Assembly (NCBI GenBank): GCA_014894395.1
Contig: JADBLO010000072.1
Coordinates: forward strand, 130,351-194,350
Origin: Thermoplasmata archaeon
GTDB taxonomy: Archaea > Thermoplasmatota > E2 > DHVEG-1
Reading direction: 5' to 3'
Length of the DNA: 64,000 nt
Numbering within the stretch: the stretch's first letter is position 1; each line of letters opens with the position of its first letter. This document shows, piece after piece, positions 35,953 to 47,491 of this stretch. Under the pieces are notes generated by a model. It ran no database searches and was not told where the DNA came from. It worked only from the letters and a program-made list of their open reading frames with translations. Position numbers and translations under genes: made by a program.

Positions 35953-37461
35953 ATGAAAGTTCATATCGATTATTTCTTTATAAGTTCTCCCTTCATTTCG
36001 TTATCACAAAATAGAAATAGCGATGGTTCTTTCCACGGGCCCGTGAACGACAAAGCACTAGAGGAAACAAGCGATTCTTCTGATTCTTCTGAAACACAAA
36101 CGAAAGGCGTGAAAGCGTTGCTTGGTGACCCGAAGAAAGCGATTCTTACATTATCTCTTCCCATGATTGTTGCAATGGTCGTACAAACATTATACAATCT
36201 TATTAATCGTATCTGGGTCTCCGGCCTTGGTACAGATGCAGCAGCCGCAGTTGGATTTGCATTCCCGCTTCTGTTCATGGGAACCGCGATTGCCACAGGG
36301 CTTGGTGTAGGTGGCGGCTCAGCAATCTCCAGAAAAATTGGTGCAAAGGATAAGAAAGGTGGAGATACCGCAGCGGTCCATACGCTTATCCTCATGGTCG
36401 TTGTGGCTCTTGCCTATACCATTCCATTGTTCGTGTTCGCAGAGGATATTTTTCGCATGATAGGAGCTGCACAAGCAACAGCAACCGCAGCACTCTACGC
36501 ACGCATCATATATTCTGCAGCCATCGTTTCGTTTTTCACTTCGATCGCAACAGCTCTGCTTCGATCCGAAGGCGATGCAAAACGATCCATGCTTGCGATG
36601 GTAGTGGGGGGAATTTTGAATGCGGTCCTTGATCCGATCTTTATCTACGTTTTCGGATGGGGCGTTCCTGGTGCCGCGATTGCAACGGTTGTTTCGATGT
36701 GCGTTTCAGCAATATTATTGTTCTACTGGTTATTCCTGAAAAAAAATACCTTTCTTTCATTTCCCTTCCGCAGGTTTCATTTCGACAAAAGCGTCATTAA
36801 GGATATTCTTGCTGTTGGTTTTCCTGCATCATTATTGCAGTTGTCCATGGGAATTATGTTGTTTATCATGAACATTATCGTCGAACGAATCAGTGGTACA
36901 GATGGCGTTGCAGTGTTTTCCGCAGGGTGGGCGGTCGCAATGACAGCATCAATGCCGCTTCTTGGTATGGCAACCGCAGTTGTTTCAGTGACTGGTGCGG
37001 CGTATGGTGCCCATGAATATAAAAAACTTGATATTGCCCATATCTATGCACTGAAAATCGGGATTATCATCGAGACGGCGATTGCAATTGTGACTTTTAT
37101 TTTTGCACCAGTTATCACCCTTGCATTCACGGTATCTTCTGATATGGCTCATCTCGGAAACGATATTACCACGTTCCTAAGAATTATTTGCATCTATTAT
37201 CCTGCAACTGCATTTGGTATGTTGTCGTCATCGCTCTTCCAAGGGGTTGGAAAGGGGCTCTATTCTCTCATTGTCACTATTCTTCGTACTATTATCTTGA
37301 TAATACCACTCGCCTGGATATTTGGTGTCATCTTAGGGTGGGGTCTTGTCGGTGCCTGGTGGGGACTTGTCGTTGCCAATATTATTGGATCAGCCATCAC
37401 ATTTATCTGGGCAAAACTGTATGTCAATAGTCTGCTCAAATCATCTCCCCTTGCATCATAA
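35953..37461 (+). CDS. MATE family efflux transporter
   Basis: 12 TM. The MATE core begins around KALLGDPKKAILTLSLPMIV. The first ~50 aa (S/D-rich) may not be translated, and an in-frame GTG at 36109 is an alternative start. Confidence 0.75.
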   Translation: MKVHIDYFFISSPFISLSQNRNSDGSFHGPVNDKALEETSDSSDSSETQTKGVKALLGDPKKAILTLSLPMIVAMVVQTLYNLINRIWVSGLGTDAAAAVGFAFPLLFMGTAIATGLGVGGGSAISRKIGAKDKKGGDTAAVHTLILMVVVALAYTIPLFVFAEDIFRMIGAAQATATAALYARIIYSAAIVSFFTSIATALLRSEGDAKRSMLAMVVGGILNAVLDPIFIYVFGWGVPGAAIATVVSMCVSAILLFYWLFLKKNTFLSFPFRRFHFDKSVIKDILAVGFPASLLQLSMGIMLFIMNIIVERISGTDGVAVFSAGWAVAMTASMPLLGMATAVVSVTGAAYGAHEYKKLDIAHIYALKIGIIIETAIAIVTFIFAPVITLAFTVSSDMAHLGNDITTFLRIICIYYPATAFGMLSSSLFQGVGKGLYSLIVTILRTIILIIPLAWIFGVILGWGLVGAWWGLVVANIIGSAITFIWAKLYVNSLLKSSPLAS

Positions 37462-37570
37462 CAACTCTTAAATGGCTGTAACAGAATTCTCCTTTTAGTG
37501 ATGAACGAACCTTTGCTGAGCCAATCTGGCGATGATGAAGATCTTGAGTACTGAAAAAAAAATCAATTTC

Positions 37571-38017
37571 TCAGATATGCTGACGGAGCATATCTGCAAT
37601 TTTTTCTAAAAACAGCTCATCAGTCTTGTTAAACGCAGCAGAAACATCAGAATCGATATCGATTTCACCGATCACTCTATTTTTCTTTTTAATCGGGACG
37701 ACAATCTCTGATCGGGTTGAACGAAAGCAGGAAAGATACCGACTGTCTTTTGATACATCAGCGACTACCTCTATTTTTCCGCTTCGTGCAGCAGATCCAC
37801 AGACACCTTTCCCAATCGGAATCTTTGTGTGTTCTGTCGCTTGTTTCCCTTTCCATGGACCAAGTACGAGAACGTCTCCTTTCACTCGATAAATACCCAC
37901 CCAGCTGTATTTCTCAAAGCTTTCATGGAGAACATCGACGACATCCTGCAGAATCGTTGTTGATTTGCTTTTTGTAAGAATTCCTTTGATTTTTTGTTCG
38001 GCAATCCTGTAATTCAA
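37571..38017 (-). CDS. GAF domain protein (free methionine-R-sulfoxide reductase-like)
   Basis: 148 aa. ...VLGPWKGKQATEHTKIPIGKGVCGSAARSGKIEVVADV... matches the small GAF/fRMsr family. Confidence 0.65.
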   Translation of the reverse strand: MNYRIAEQKIKGILTKSKSTTILQDVVDVLHESFEKYSWVGIYRVKGDVLVLGPWKGKQATEHTKIPIGKGVCGSAARSGKIEVVADVSKDSRYLSCFRSTRSEIVVPIKKKNRVIGEIDIDSDVSAAFNKTDELFLEKIADMLRQHI

Positions 38018-38033
38018 AAAAAATCACCGTTCC

Positions 38034-39263
38034 TCAATAATCAAGCAGACTGGTTTGTGAGTTTTTCGGGCCGAGAGAAACAGGAATGATCTGCTCTTCT
38101 GTAGGAAGTTCAATGGTGCCGTATTTTCCTCCACCGCCAGGGATGATAATCACTTTATGGTCCCGAAACGCCTGGATTGCCTCGACAATCGCCGGGATCG
38201 TCACTTTTACGACTTCATGGATGTCAGCATCCAAAAGCACCGCGATCTCACTACCAAAAGCAGCGATGAGTTCTTCCCAATGTTTGGTAACACTCTGAGT
38301 GAAAGGTGTATGTTGTCCGAGTGCTTTCGCGATAATTTCTGAGAGAGGAATAAGATAAATATACGGTGGTCGATGATCGGGGTGACGGGGTTCTTTGAAG
38401 GTAGCTATTTCTTTGATACGATCTCTTACGCCTTTTTTGATTCGTTTACCACAGCTACATTTCCATCGTCGTTTGATCGCCTCATCAAGAGTATAATGGG
38501 TAAAGCACGAGATGCATGCGGTCTCGTTGTATTTTCCTTCCTGCGGCGGTAAACCAACGTTCAACACCGGTTTATTACCGCCGATGCGAAGTATCGCTTT
38601 CTTAATCTCTTGAAATGTTGTATCGTGTACCTCAAAACGGGTGAACTCCCTGGCAAGTCGTACCGGATGTGGGCTATGGCAATCGGAGTTCGTAAGAAAT
38701 GTGAGTCGATGGAGCTCCTGGATTGTATCCGCATAATCAGAGTCAGCGCTTAACCCAAGCTCGACAAAGGAGATGTATGATGCAAGATCACCATAGCAAT
38801 CCTCCAGAGAAGAATGATACGCGTACATCGCAGTCCATGGAGTGAACGCATGGGCAGGACCGATAAGACAATCAACGTCTTTTGCAAGTGTTGCTAGTTC
38901 CATACCGTTCATATCGACGTTTGGTCGTCCGTCTGTCTCAATGTTTTTTGATTTCGACTTGATCTTTTCTTTGAAGGTTTCTACGGCAGAAAAACTAGGA
39001 AAATAGAGGAGATGATGAACCCGATGGTTATCCTCAACTTCAGCGCTGAGAATAAATCGTGTACCATTCATTTCAAATGTTCCGTCATCGATGACGGTGC
39101 AGGTCTTGATTTCTTTTTGCCATCCTCCATGCAGACAGTCCCCAGTTGCCAGGACATTGATTCCTTTTCGAGGTGCCTCTACAGAAAGAGAGGCTATCGT
39201 CATTTTATCGCTAGTTGCACCAGAATATCTGGAATGTATATGCAAGTCAGCATTAATCAGCAT
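38034..39263 (-). CDS. PHP-domain protein with C-terminal Zn-ribbon, EndoQ-like (TIGR00375 family)
   Basis: 409 aa. MLINADLHIHSRYSGA PHP N-terminus. CISCF...CSCGKR four-Cys cluster. Architecture matches archaeal endonuclease Q. Confidence 0.5.
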   Translation of the reverse strand: MLINADLHIHSRYSGATSDKMTIASLSVEAPRKGINVLATGDCLHGGWQKEIKTCTVIDDGTFEMNGTRFILSAEVEDNHRVHHLLYFPSFSAVETFKEKIKSKSKNIETDGRPNVDMNGMELATLAKDVDCLIGPAHAFTPWTAMYAYHSSLEDCYGDLASYISFVELGLSADSDYADTIQELHRLTFLTNSDCHSPHPVRLAREFTRFEVHDTTFQEIKKAILRIGGNKPVLNVGLPPQEGKYNETACISCFTHYTLDEAIKRRWKCSCGKRIKKGVRDRIKEIATFKEPRHPDHRPPYIYLIPLSEIIAKALGQHTPFTQSVTKHWEELIAAFGSEIAVLLDADIHEVVKVTIPAIVEAIQAFRDHKVIIIPGGGGKYGTIELPTEEQIIPVSLGPKNSQTSLLDY

Positions 39264-39287
39264 GTGCGTTCCCTGTTTTCAATCAGA

Positions 39288-41033
39288 TTATTTTTCCTTC
39301 TTCGCTTCATTGACTTCTTCTTGTTTCTTCTGTTTTTCTTTCAGAATGGGAAATGTTTCTTTTTCTTCAAAGAATTTCGCGTGCGCTGAAATTTCGATAA
39401 GACCTGCCATGATCAGGAGAATACCGGCAAACATCAGCAGATAGACTCCTATCCCGAAACCCCATTGCAGATGTACAGATCCTCCTCCATCAACCCCGGA
39501 GAGTTGGACAGTGTATTGACCATTGAATGGAGCTGCAGACACCGCATTCATCGCACTGAACACATCGGTATTTCCTTTGATATTGACAGGAGCAAACTGA
39601 GGAATAACAGATCCGAGCGCCAGGACAAAAATAAATATCAGGATGAAGGGCACTAGGAGTCGGATCCCGCGGAGAATATATTTTTTACCGAGTTTTTTAC
39701 TCTGTGAAATTCCAATCGTTGAAAGGACAAGGAACACAAGTCCAATACCTAGAATGAGGTAGAAGGGAAGAGCAAACGTTCCAAGAGGAACCGGCCCACT
39801 TCTGTCAGGAAGCCGTATTTGTATTCCATTGATGCCATCAATCGAGACTGCATTGAACGTGCCTGTTTCCTGGTACGATGGTATGGAGACATTTGCCGTA
39901 ACGGTGTACCACGGAAGGAATAAACCGATGATCGCAACGATGATCGCAACAATACAAAGGATGTTCCCGATGCTTTTTGCGTTTACGCCATCAATGTAGA
40001 AGAGCGAGAGTTTTCTGGGTCCGAGACCATGTTTCTTATGGCGTCGGTAGATGAAAAAGCCAAGGAGAAGAAGAGACAGCAAGGTAACAAGGAAAAACAA
40101 CATGACGAAGTTATAGACGAACCATTCGAGGATGAAGACCGTATCGTTTGCTGGTTGGAGGCTACCCGCCCAGGAAAGAGGCTGCCACATGGTACCATCT
40201 TCTCTAAACATAGGTCCATTTGGTCCTGCTTCCCCCAGGATCGCTGCTTCAGCTGCCGCTGATTGGTTTGCTCCAGCCCAGCCCCAGCGTCCAGCAAAGG
40301 CTAACCAAGGTTGATCTGCTAGAACCTCGATAGTGTAATCTGTTGGTCGTAACACCTTTCCATTGTCACCAACAGTATCACTTGCTAAGCCGATTTTTCC
40401 AGAATACGGTTTGATGTAGTTGGCATGGCTTCCTCGTGCCACATAGACTTTCACGTGATTTCCTTCTTTTTCTACCTGGCTCCAGGTTGCTGTTTGGCCT
40501 GCGTAATGCTGGCTGAACATCACTTGGGTTGGTTGTTCCCCGGAGAGAACAACTTGGATCATCTCCCAGTCGCTTTCATGGTGATTCAGATCACCACCGT
40601 TGAACGCGTAGAAAAACCAGTATTGAATGATGTTGCTTGTTGTATCAACATGAGCGTAGACTTTGTACCCAAGCGTCGCCATCTTACTCTGATAGTCATT
40701 CTCGATACCATTATCGTCTACTTGCACAGTCCCCTGTGTATTATCAAGGTAATAGGTATCTAAGGTGTCCTTTGTCAGTTGAGAGGCATTGATTGGCGAT
40801 GTTAAGCGCGGGGTCGGGTTCCCAATCTCGTATAATTCACAGGTTTGAAAAGCATAGGAGACATTAACAGGATAACATTTCTCTCCATTGACAAAATAGA
40901 GGATAGGAGCATATTTTTCTGCAAGATCCTGATCTGCGGCAGATACGGTTCCTATGTAACTACTTCCAATGACAAGTAGGCCTATCACTAGCGTTATTAT
41001 GATTATTTTTTTGTTCATAAACCTCCACCGCAT
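39288..41033 (-). CDS. Membrane protein: N-terminal extracytoplasmic domain with NPP1/Vps62-like HxxxDWE motif, then a multi-TM region and a K/E-rich tail
   Basis: 581 aa. Signal anchor. YAPILYF and GGDLNHHESDWEMIQVV motifs. Then ~6 TM helices. C-terminal KEKQKKQEEVNEAKKEK. Confidence 0.45.
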   Translation of the reverse strand: MRWRFMNKKIIIITLVIGLLVIGSSYIGTVSAADQDLAEKYAPILYFVNGEKCYPVNVSYAFQTCELYEIGNPTPRLTSPINASQLTKDTLDTYYLDNTQGTVQVDDNGIENDYQSKMATLGYKVYAHVDTTSNIIQYWFFYAFNGGDLNHHESDWEMIQVVLSGEQPTQVMFSQHYAGQTATWSQVEKEGNHVKVYVARGSHANYIKPYSGKIGLASDTVGDNGKVLRPTDYTIEVLADQPWLAFAGRWGWAGANQSAAAEAAILGEAGPNGPMFREDGTMWQPLSWAGSLQPANDTVFILEWFVYNFVMLFFLVTLLSLLLLGFFIYRRHKKHGLGPRKLSLFYIDGVNAKSIGNILCIVAIIVAIIGLFLPWYTVTANVSIPSYQETGTFNAVSIDGINGIQIRLPDRSGPVPLGTFALPFYLILGIGLVFLVLSTIGISQSKKLGKKYILRGIRLLVPFILIFIFVLALGSVIPQFAPVNIKGNTDVFSAMNAVSAAPFNGQYTVQLSGVDGGGSVHLQWGFGIGVYLLMFAGILLIMAGLIEISAHAKFFEEKETFPILKEKQKKQEEVNEAKKEK

Positions 41034-41308
41034 GGGAGATACCTTGCTGCTTATTTAATTCTTCTTAAAAAGATGAAAAAAAGAGAGGTTATAAGAAGAA
41101 GTATAAATACCCATTTATGTACTCACAAATGTTAAGTACTTTGCTAAACTTTATAATATGTTAAGATTTCCTTAGGAAAGAGATGATTTGAAATTATTAA
41201 GGTCCACCCGATAGTAACCTTTATTAGGCTTTACTCCATATGAGTCTCCTGTAAATCTACCCTAGGAAAATGGGAAAAAACTCTAACTAAAAAGACAACC
41301 AGAACTAG

Positions 41309-43249
<1,941 letters not shown>

Positions 43250-43260
43250 GGTGATGAAAG

Positions 43261-46200
43261 ATGGCTGAGATTAACAAGAAAAACGATCAACCACGTGATA
43301 TTAACGAGGAAATGAAACGTGCTTTTATTGATTATTCCATGAGTGTGATTATGAGCAGGGCCCTCCCGGACATTCGTGATGGGTTAAAACCGGTTCATCG
43401 AAGAATTTTACATGCAATGAATGAAATGGGAATGGGGTATGAGAAATCGTATAAGAAATCTGCTCGAGTGGTCGGAGAGTGCTTTGTTAAAGATACATTG
43501 GTTCTTACAGAACAAGGACTCATACCGATACAAGATGTAAAAAAGGGAGATGCAGTCTATACTCAAGATGGCTTAGAGAATGTCAAAGAGCTATACATAA
43601 TGCCCAAGCGAGATCTTGTTAAAATTATCTTAGAAAATGGACTAGATGCTATTGTTACAAAATCACAAAAATTTAAGGTACTTACACCAGATTGGAAATT
43701 TATCTGGAAAGAAGTTAGGGAGCTTACCGAAAATGATTACATTGTTATAAAATCCGATTATCCTGACATTAAAAATCAGGTAAGAATTGGAGAAAAATTA
43801 TTAAATAAAAATATCGCGTATCTCCTTGGTCAATTAATTTCCGATGGATGGGTTGAAAAAAGCCAGAGACTCGGCTTTTATTCGAATAGTTTATCTATAA
43901 TAAAAAGAATTGAAGGAATTTTACAAGAAGAATTTGAATATTTTCCTACTGTTGAACAAATAGAATACGAATATGAAACTTCTAATGGGTTAGTTTTGCT
44001 CAATAAGGGTTTCCAAATACGTATCAATAGTAAAACAATAAATCAATATTTAATCCAAGAGTATCATCTCTTGGGTATTAAAGCTGAAAATAAAAAAATA
44101 CCTCAACAAATTTTCCAAAGTCCTAAGGATGTCATTTTTTCATTTATCAGCGGTTTGATTGATGGCGATGGTAGCATTCATAAAGAAAGGAATGTCATTC
44201 ATTATGGTACTGTTTCAAAAGAACTGGCAAATCAACTGATAATACTCCTGCATCATTTCGATATCCATGGAGTTAAATATCTTGAAAAAACTAAAACAGG
44301 TGGTATTGTCTGTGGGAGAAATATTGCACGTACACTTCCATTTTTTTCTTTAGAGTTTAGAGGTGAATGTGCACAAAAATTAGGGATCGAGTTGAATCTC
44401 GCTGAAGAAGAAAAATTACAAAAATTAAAAGAATTATTAAGCTATAAAGTAGGAAAATCAAATTTCGAAATTTTACCATATGGCAGTAAAAAAATCTTTA
44501 GCGAATTAAGCGATTGCCATTTAGGTGGTGGATGGTATCAAGATATAGAGGGAAAAAAAATTAGATCGGGAATAAAATATCCCTCGGGGACAAAGATACG
44601 ATACTCTAAAGAATTGCATGATAAACCCTTACGAATTTCTCAAATAATCGAATGGGGGATACAAAACAAAATAAAAAAAATCGGTTCTGATTTATATGAA
44701 TTTATCGAGAGAATTATCACTGAAAAAATATACTTTTTAAAAGTGAGTGGTATTGAGGAAGGCGGAAGAGAAGAAACTTATGATCTTCAGGTCGAAAACA
44801 AACACGAATTTATTGCCAATGGCATGCTTGCACATAATTGTCTTGGTAAGTATCATCCTCATGGAGATCAAGCTGTATATGATTCATTGGTACGAATGGC
44901 TCAGGATTTCTCGTTGCGTTATCCGTTAATCGCTGGTCAAGGTAATTTTGGTTCTGTCGATGGGGATTCCCAGGCTGCGATGCGATACACAGAAGTAAAA
45001 ATGGCCAAGATCACAAAGCTTATGCTGCAGGATATCGAGAAAGAAACAGTTGAATGGCGTGACAATTTTGATGGCACCTTAAAAGAACCTGAGGTTCTTC
45101 CAGCGATTTTACCGAATCTTCTGGTGAACGGATCGTCTGGTATCGCGGTTGGTATGGCCACGAACATGGCGCCTCATAACATCTGTGAGGTGATCGATGG
45201 TACTATCCGGATGATTGACGCTCCTGAGACATCGACTGCGGAGTTAATGGAGATTATTAAAGGACCTGATTTTCCGACAGGCGGTATTATCTTTGGTCGT
45301 GGTGGTATCCTTTCTGCGTATTCCACGGGACGCGGTTCACTTGTTGTCCGTGCGAAAACCTCCATTGAAGAAGGTGAACAAAAAAATAAAATCATTGTTC
45401 ATGAGCTGCCGTACCAGGTGAATAAATCTGTTCTTCTGCAAACAATCGCTGAGCTTGTCAAAGAGAAGAAAATTGAGGGCATCTCTGATCTTCGCGATGA
45501 AAGTGATCGAAAAGGCATGCGCATTGTCATTGAGTTGAAACGTGACGCTATCGATGATGTTGTATTGAATCAATTGTTTGAACATACTGAGTTACAATCT
45601 TCATTTGGTGTGCTGAATCTTGCGATTGTCAAAGGCGAGCCAAAGGTTCTGATGCTGAAAGAAATTCTTCAGCATTACATTGAATATAGAATAGAAATTA
45701 TTACGCGACGTACCACCTATGATCTGAAGAAAGCGAAAGAAAAAATACACATCCTTGAAGGCCTCATGATTGCGCTGCGGAACATCGATGAAGTCATTAA
45801 GATCATCCGACAGAGCAAAGAAGTTGAGGAAGCCAAAAATCGACTGATAACGCGCTTTAAACTTTCTGAGATTCAAGCAAAAGCCATCCTTGACATGAGG
45901 CTGCAGAAACTCACTGGTATGGAAATCGAGGCTGTTGAAAAAGACTACAAAGAAACCAAACAACTGATTGAACAACTCGAAGCCATCCTTGCAGACAAGC
46001 AAAAGATCCTTGCTGAAATCAAACGAGAGTTGCTCGAGATTAAAGAAAAATTTGGGGACGCGCGACGCACCCAGATCGTGGAAGGAGACGCAGGCATCGA
46101 TATAGAAGACCTCATACCTGTCCAGGAAGTCGTTGTAACCATTACAAAAGACGGTTATATTAAACGTATTCCGACGGAAACCTATCATACACAACATCGT

Positions 46201-47487
46201 GGCGGGAAAGGACTTATTGGTGTACGGCCAAAACAAGAAGATTTCGTAGTTGATTCGTTTATCACCAGCACCCATGATTATCTGATGTTTTTCACGAATC
46301 ACGGGCGGGTTTACTGGATGAAAGGCTATAAGATCCCTGAAGGAGACCGCCATGCAAAAGGAAAAGCCATCATCAACTTACTCCCACGACTTGAAGAAGG
46401 AGAAAAAATTGAAACCGCGGTTCCTATCCATGAGTTTGATGATAAACATTTCTTGATTTTTGCAACAAAACAAGGCACGATTAAAAAGACGGTGTTGTCT
46501 GCGTATGGTAATATCCGGGTGAATGGGATCATTGCCATAAAACTTGAGGAAGGCGATGAGCTCATGGGCGTGGAACTCTCCGATGGAACCAAGACCGTGA
46601 TGATCGCAACCGCTGGTGGTCAGGCCTGCAGGTTTAATGAAAAGGAACTCAGGCCGATGGGACGGGCAACCAGGGGCGTGATTGGTATCCGGCTTAAGAA
46701 CAAGAATGATGCGGTGGTCGCTTTGACCGTGGTGGATATCACAGGTTCGTTGTTTACGATTACAGAAAACGGTTTTGGGAAACGATCCCCGATTGATGAA
46801 TACCGGATGACTCATCGGGGAAGCAAAGGAGTACGAACAATTGTTACCAATGAGCGAAACGGAAACGTGGTGTTCGTTAGTCAGGTCACTGATGAAAACG
46901 AGCTGATTATTACAACTGAGCATGGAATGACCGTACGAATACCGGTACGGGACATCAGGGAACAAGGTCGGAACACGATGGGTGTGCGAATCATGCGTTT
47001 GAACGAGGGCGACAAGGTTGTTTCTGTCACTATTACAAAAATGTTGTCCGAAAACGGAGTGAAATGCGAGGTTGCATCAGCAGAACAGATGCCAATCGGT
47101 ATGATTGCTGAACAGCCCCAGAAAGAAGAACCAGCAGCACCAGTTGAAGAGGCTGAGGAATTACCAAAAGAAGTCAAAGAATCCTTTCCGGTTGTTAAAC
47201 CAGCGGAACCCGAAAAAACAGTAACGAAGCCTGAGGAATCAAGAAAAATCGAGAAGCAAAAGAAAGAAAAAGTAAAGATAGTACCGCTAATAAAAGGCAA
47301 AGGAAAACCACTGAAAATAAAAAAAGCAGCTCCAGCGAAAAAGAAACCAGTTCAAAAGAAGAAGGAAAAACCAGTGAAAAAACTAAAAGCAGTAAAACCA
47401 AAGAAGGTTAAAACAAAACCGGTGAAAAAACTAAAGAAACCTCAGAAGAAAAAAATCTCTGAAAAGAAAAAACCAAAGCGAAAATGA
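43261..47487 (+). CDS. gyrA: DNA gyrase subunit A, containing an intein and a C-terminal K/P-rich tail
   Basis: 1408 aa. GKYHPHGD, AAMRYTE (active-site Tyr). C-terminal beta-pinwheel repeats. 453-aa in-frame insertion. Last ~125 aa are Lys/Pro/Ala-rich. Confidence 0.9.
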   Translation: MAEINKKNDQPRDINEEMKRAFIDYSMSVIMSRALPDIRDGLKPVHRRILHAMNEMGMGYEKSYKKSARVVGECFVKDTLVLTEQGLIPIQDVKKGDAVYTQDGLENVKELYIMPKRDLVKIILENGLDAIVTKSQKFKVLTPDWKFIWKEVRELTENDYIVIKSDYPDIKNQVRIGEKLLNKNIAYLLGQLISDGWVEKSQRLGFYSNSLSIIKRIEGILQEEFEYFPTVEQIEYEYETSNGLVLLNKGFQIRINSKTINQYLIQEYHLLGIKAENKKIPQQIFQSPKDVIFSFISGLIDGDGSIHKERNVIHYGTVSKELANQLIILLHHFDIHGVKYLEKTKTGGIVCGRNIARTLPFFSLEFRGECAQKLGIELNLAEEEKLQKLKELLSYKVGKSNFEILPYGSKKIFSELSDCHLGGGWYQDIEGKKIRSGIKYPSGTKIRYSKELHDKPLRISQIIEWGIQNKIKKIGSDLYEFIERIITEKIYFLKVSGIEEGGREETYDLQVENKHEFIANGMLAHNCLGKYHPHGDQAVYDSLVRMAQDFSLRYPLIAGQGNFGSVDGDSQAAMRYTEVKMAKITKLMLQDIEKETVEWRDNFDGTLKEPEVLPAILPNLLVNGSSGIAVGMATNMAPHNICEVIDGTIRMIDAPETSTAELMEIIKGPDFPTGGIIFGRGGILSAYSTGRGSLVVRAKTSIEEGEQKNKIIVHELPYQVNKSVLLQTIAELVKEKKIEGISDLRDESDRKGMRIVIELKRDAIDDVVLNQLFEHTELQSSFGVLNLAIVKGEPKVLMLKEILQHYIEYRIEIITRRTTYDLKKAKEKIHILEGLMIALRNIDEVIKIIRQSKEVEEAKNRLITRFKLSEIQAKAILDMRLQKLTGMEIEAVEKDYKETKQLIEQLEAILADKQKILAEIKRELLEIKEKFGDARRTQIVEGDAGIDIEDLIPVQEVVVTITKDGYIKRIPTETYHTQHRGGKGLIGVRPKQEDFVVDSFITSTHDYLMFFTNHGRVYWMKGYKIPEGDRHAKGKAIINLLPRLEEGEKIETAVPIHEFDDKHFLIFATKQGTIKKTVLSAYGNIRVNGIIAIKLEEGDELMGVELSDGTKTVMIATAGGQACRFNEKELRPMGRATRGVIGIRLKNKNDAVVALTVVDITGSLFTITENGFGKRSPIDEYRMTHRGSKGVRTIVTNERNGNVVFVSQVTDENELIITTEHGMTVRIPVRDIREQGRNTMGVRIMRLNEGDKVVSVTITKMLSENGVKCEVASAEQMPIGMIAEQPQKEEPAAPVEEAEELPKEVKESFPVVKPAEPEKTVTKPEESRKIEKQKKEKVKIVPLIKGKGKPLKIKKAAPAKKKPVQKKKEKPVKKLKAVKPKKVKTKPVKKLKKPQKKKISEKKKPKRK
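43480..44838 (+). mobile_element. Intein (453 aa) with LAGLIDADG homing endonuclease inside GyrA
   Basis: ARVVGE|CFVKDTLVL ... FIANGMLAHN|CLGKYHPHGD. Starts with Cys, ends His-Asn, +1 Cys. LAGLIDADG blocks YLLGQLISDGW and FISGLIDGDGS. Extein junction aligns with E. coli ARVVGDVIGKYHPHGD. Confidence 0.8.
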
Positions 47488-47491
47488 TACA

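Noticed and set aside
45601-46965. Minus-strand ORFs of 250 and 195 aa (45601..46353, 46378..46965) inside gyrA
   Set aside because: Entirely antisense to GyrA, which has unmistakable motifs. Phe/Leu-rich low-complexity translation is typical of antisense K/E-rich coding DNA.
47250-47470. Short direct DNA repeats (gtgaaaaaactaaa etc.) at the end of gyrA, considered as a possible tandem-repeat or CRISPR-like element
   Set aside because: The repeats are in frame and encode KKLK/KP low-complexity protein sequence. There are no spacer-repeat units of regular length and no cas genes, so this is a coding low-complexity tail and not an array.
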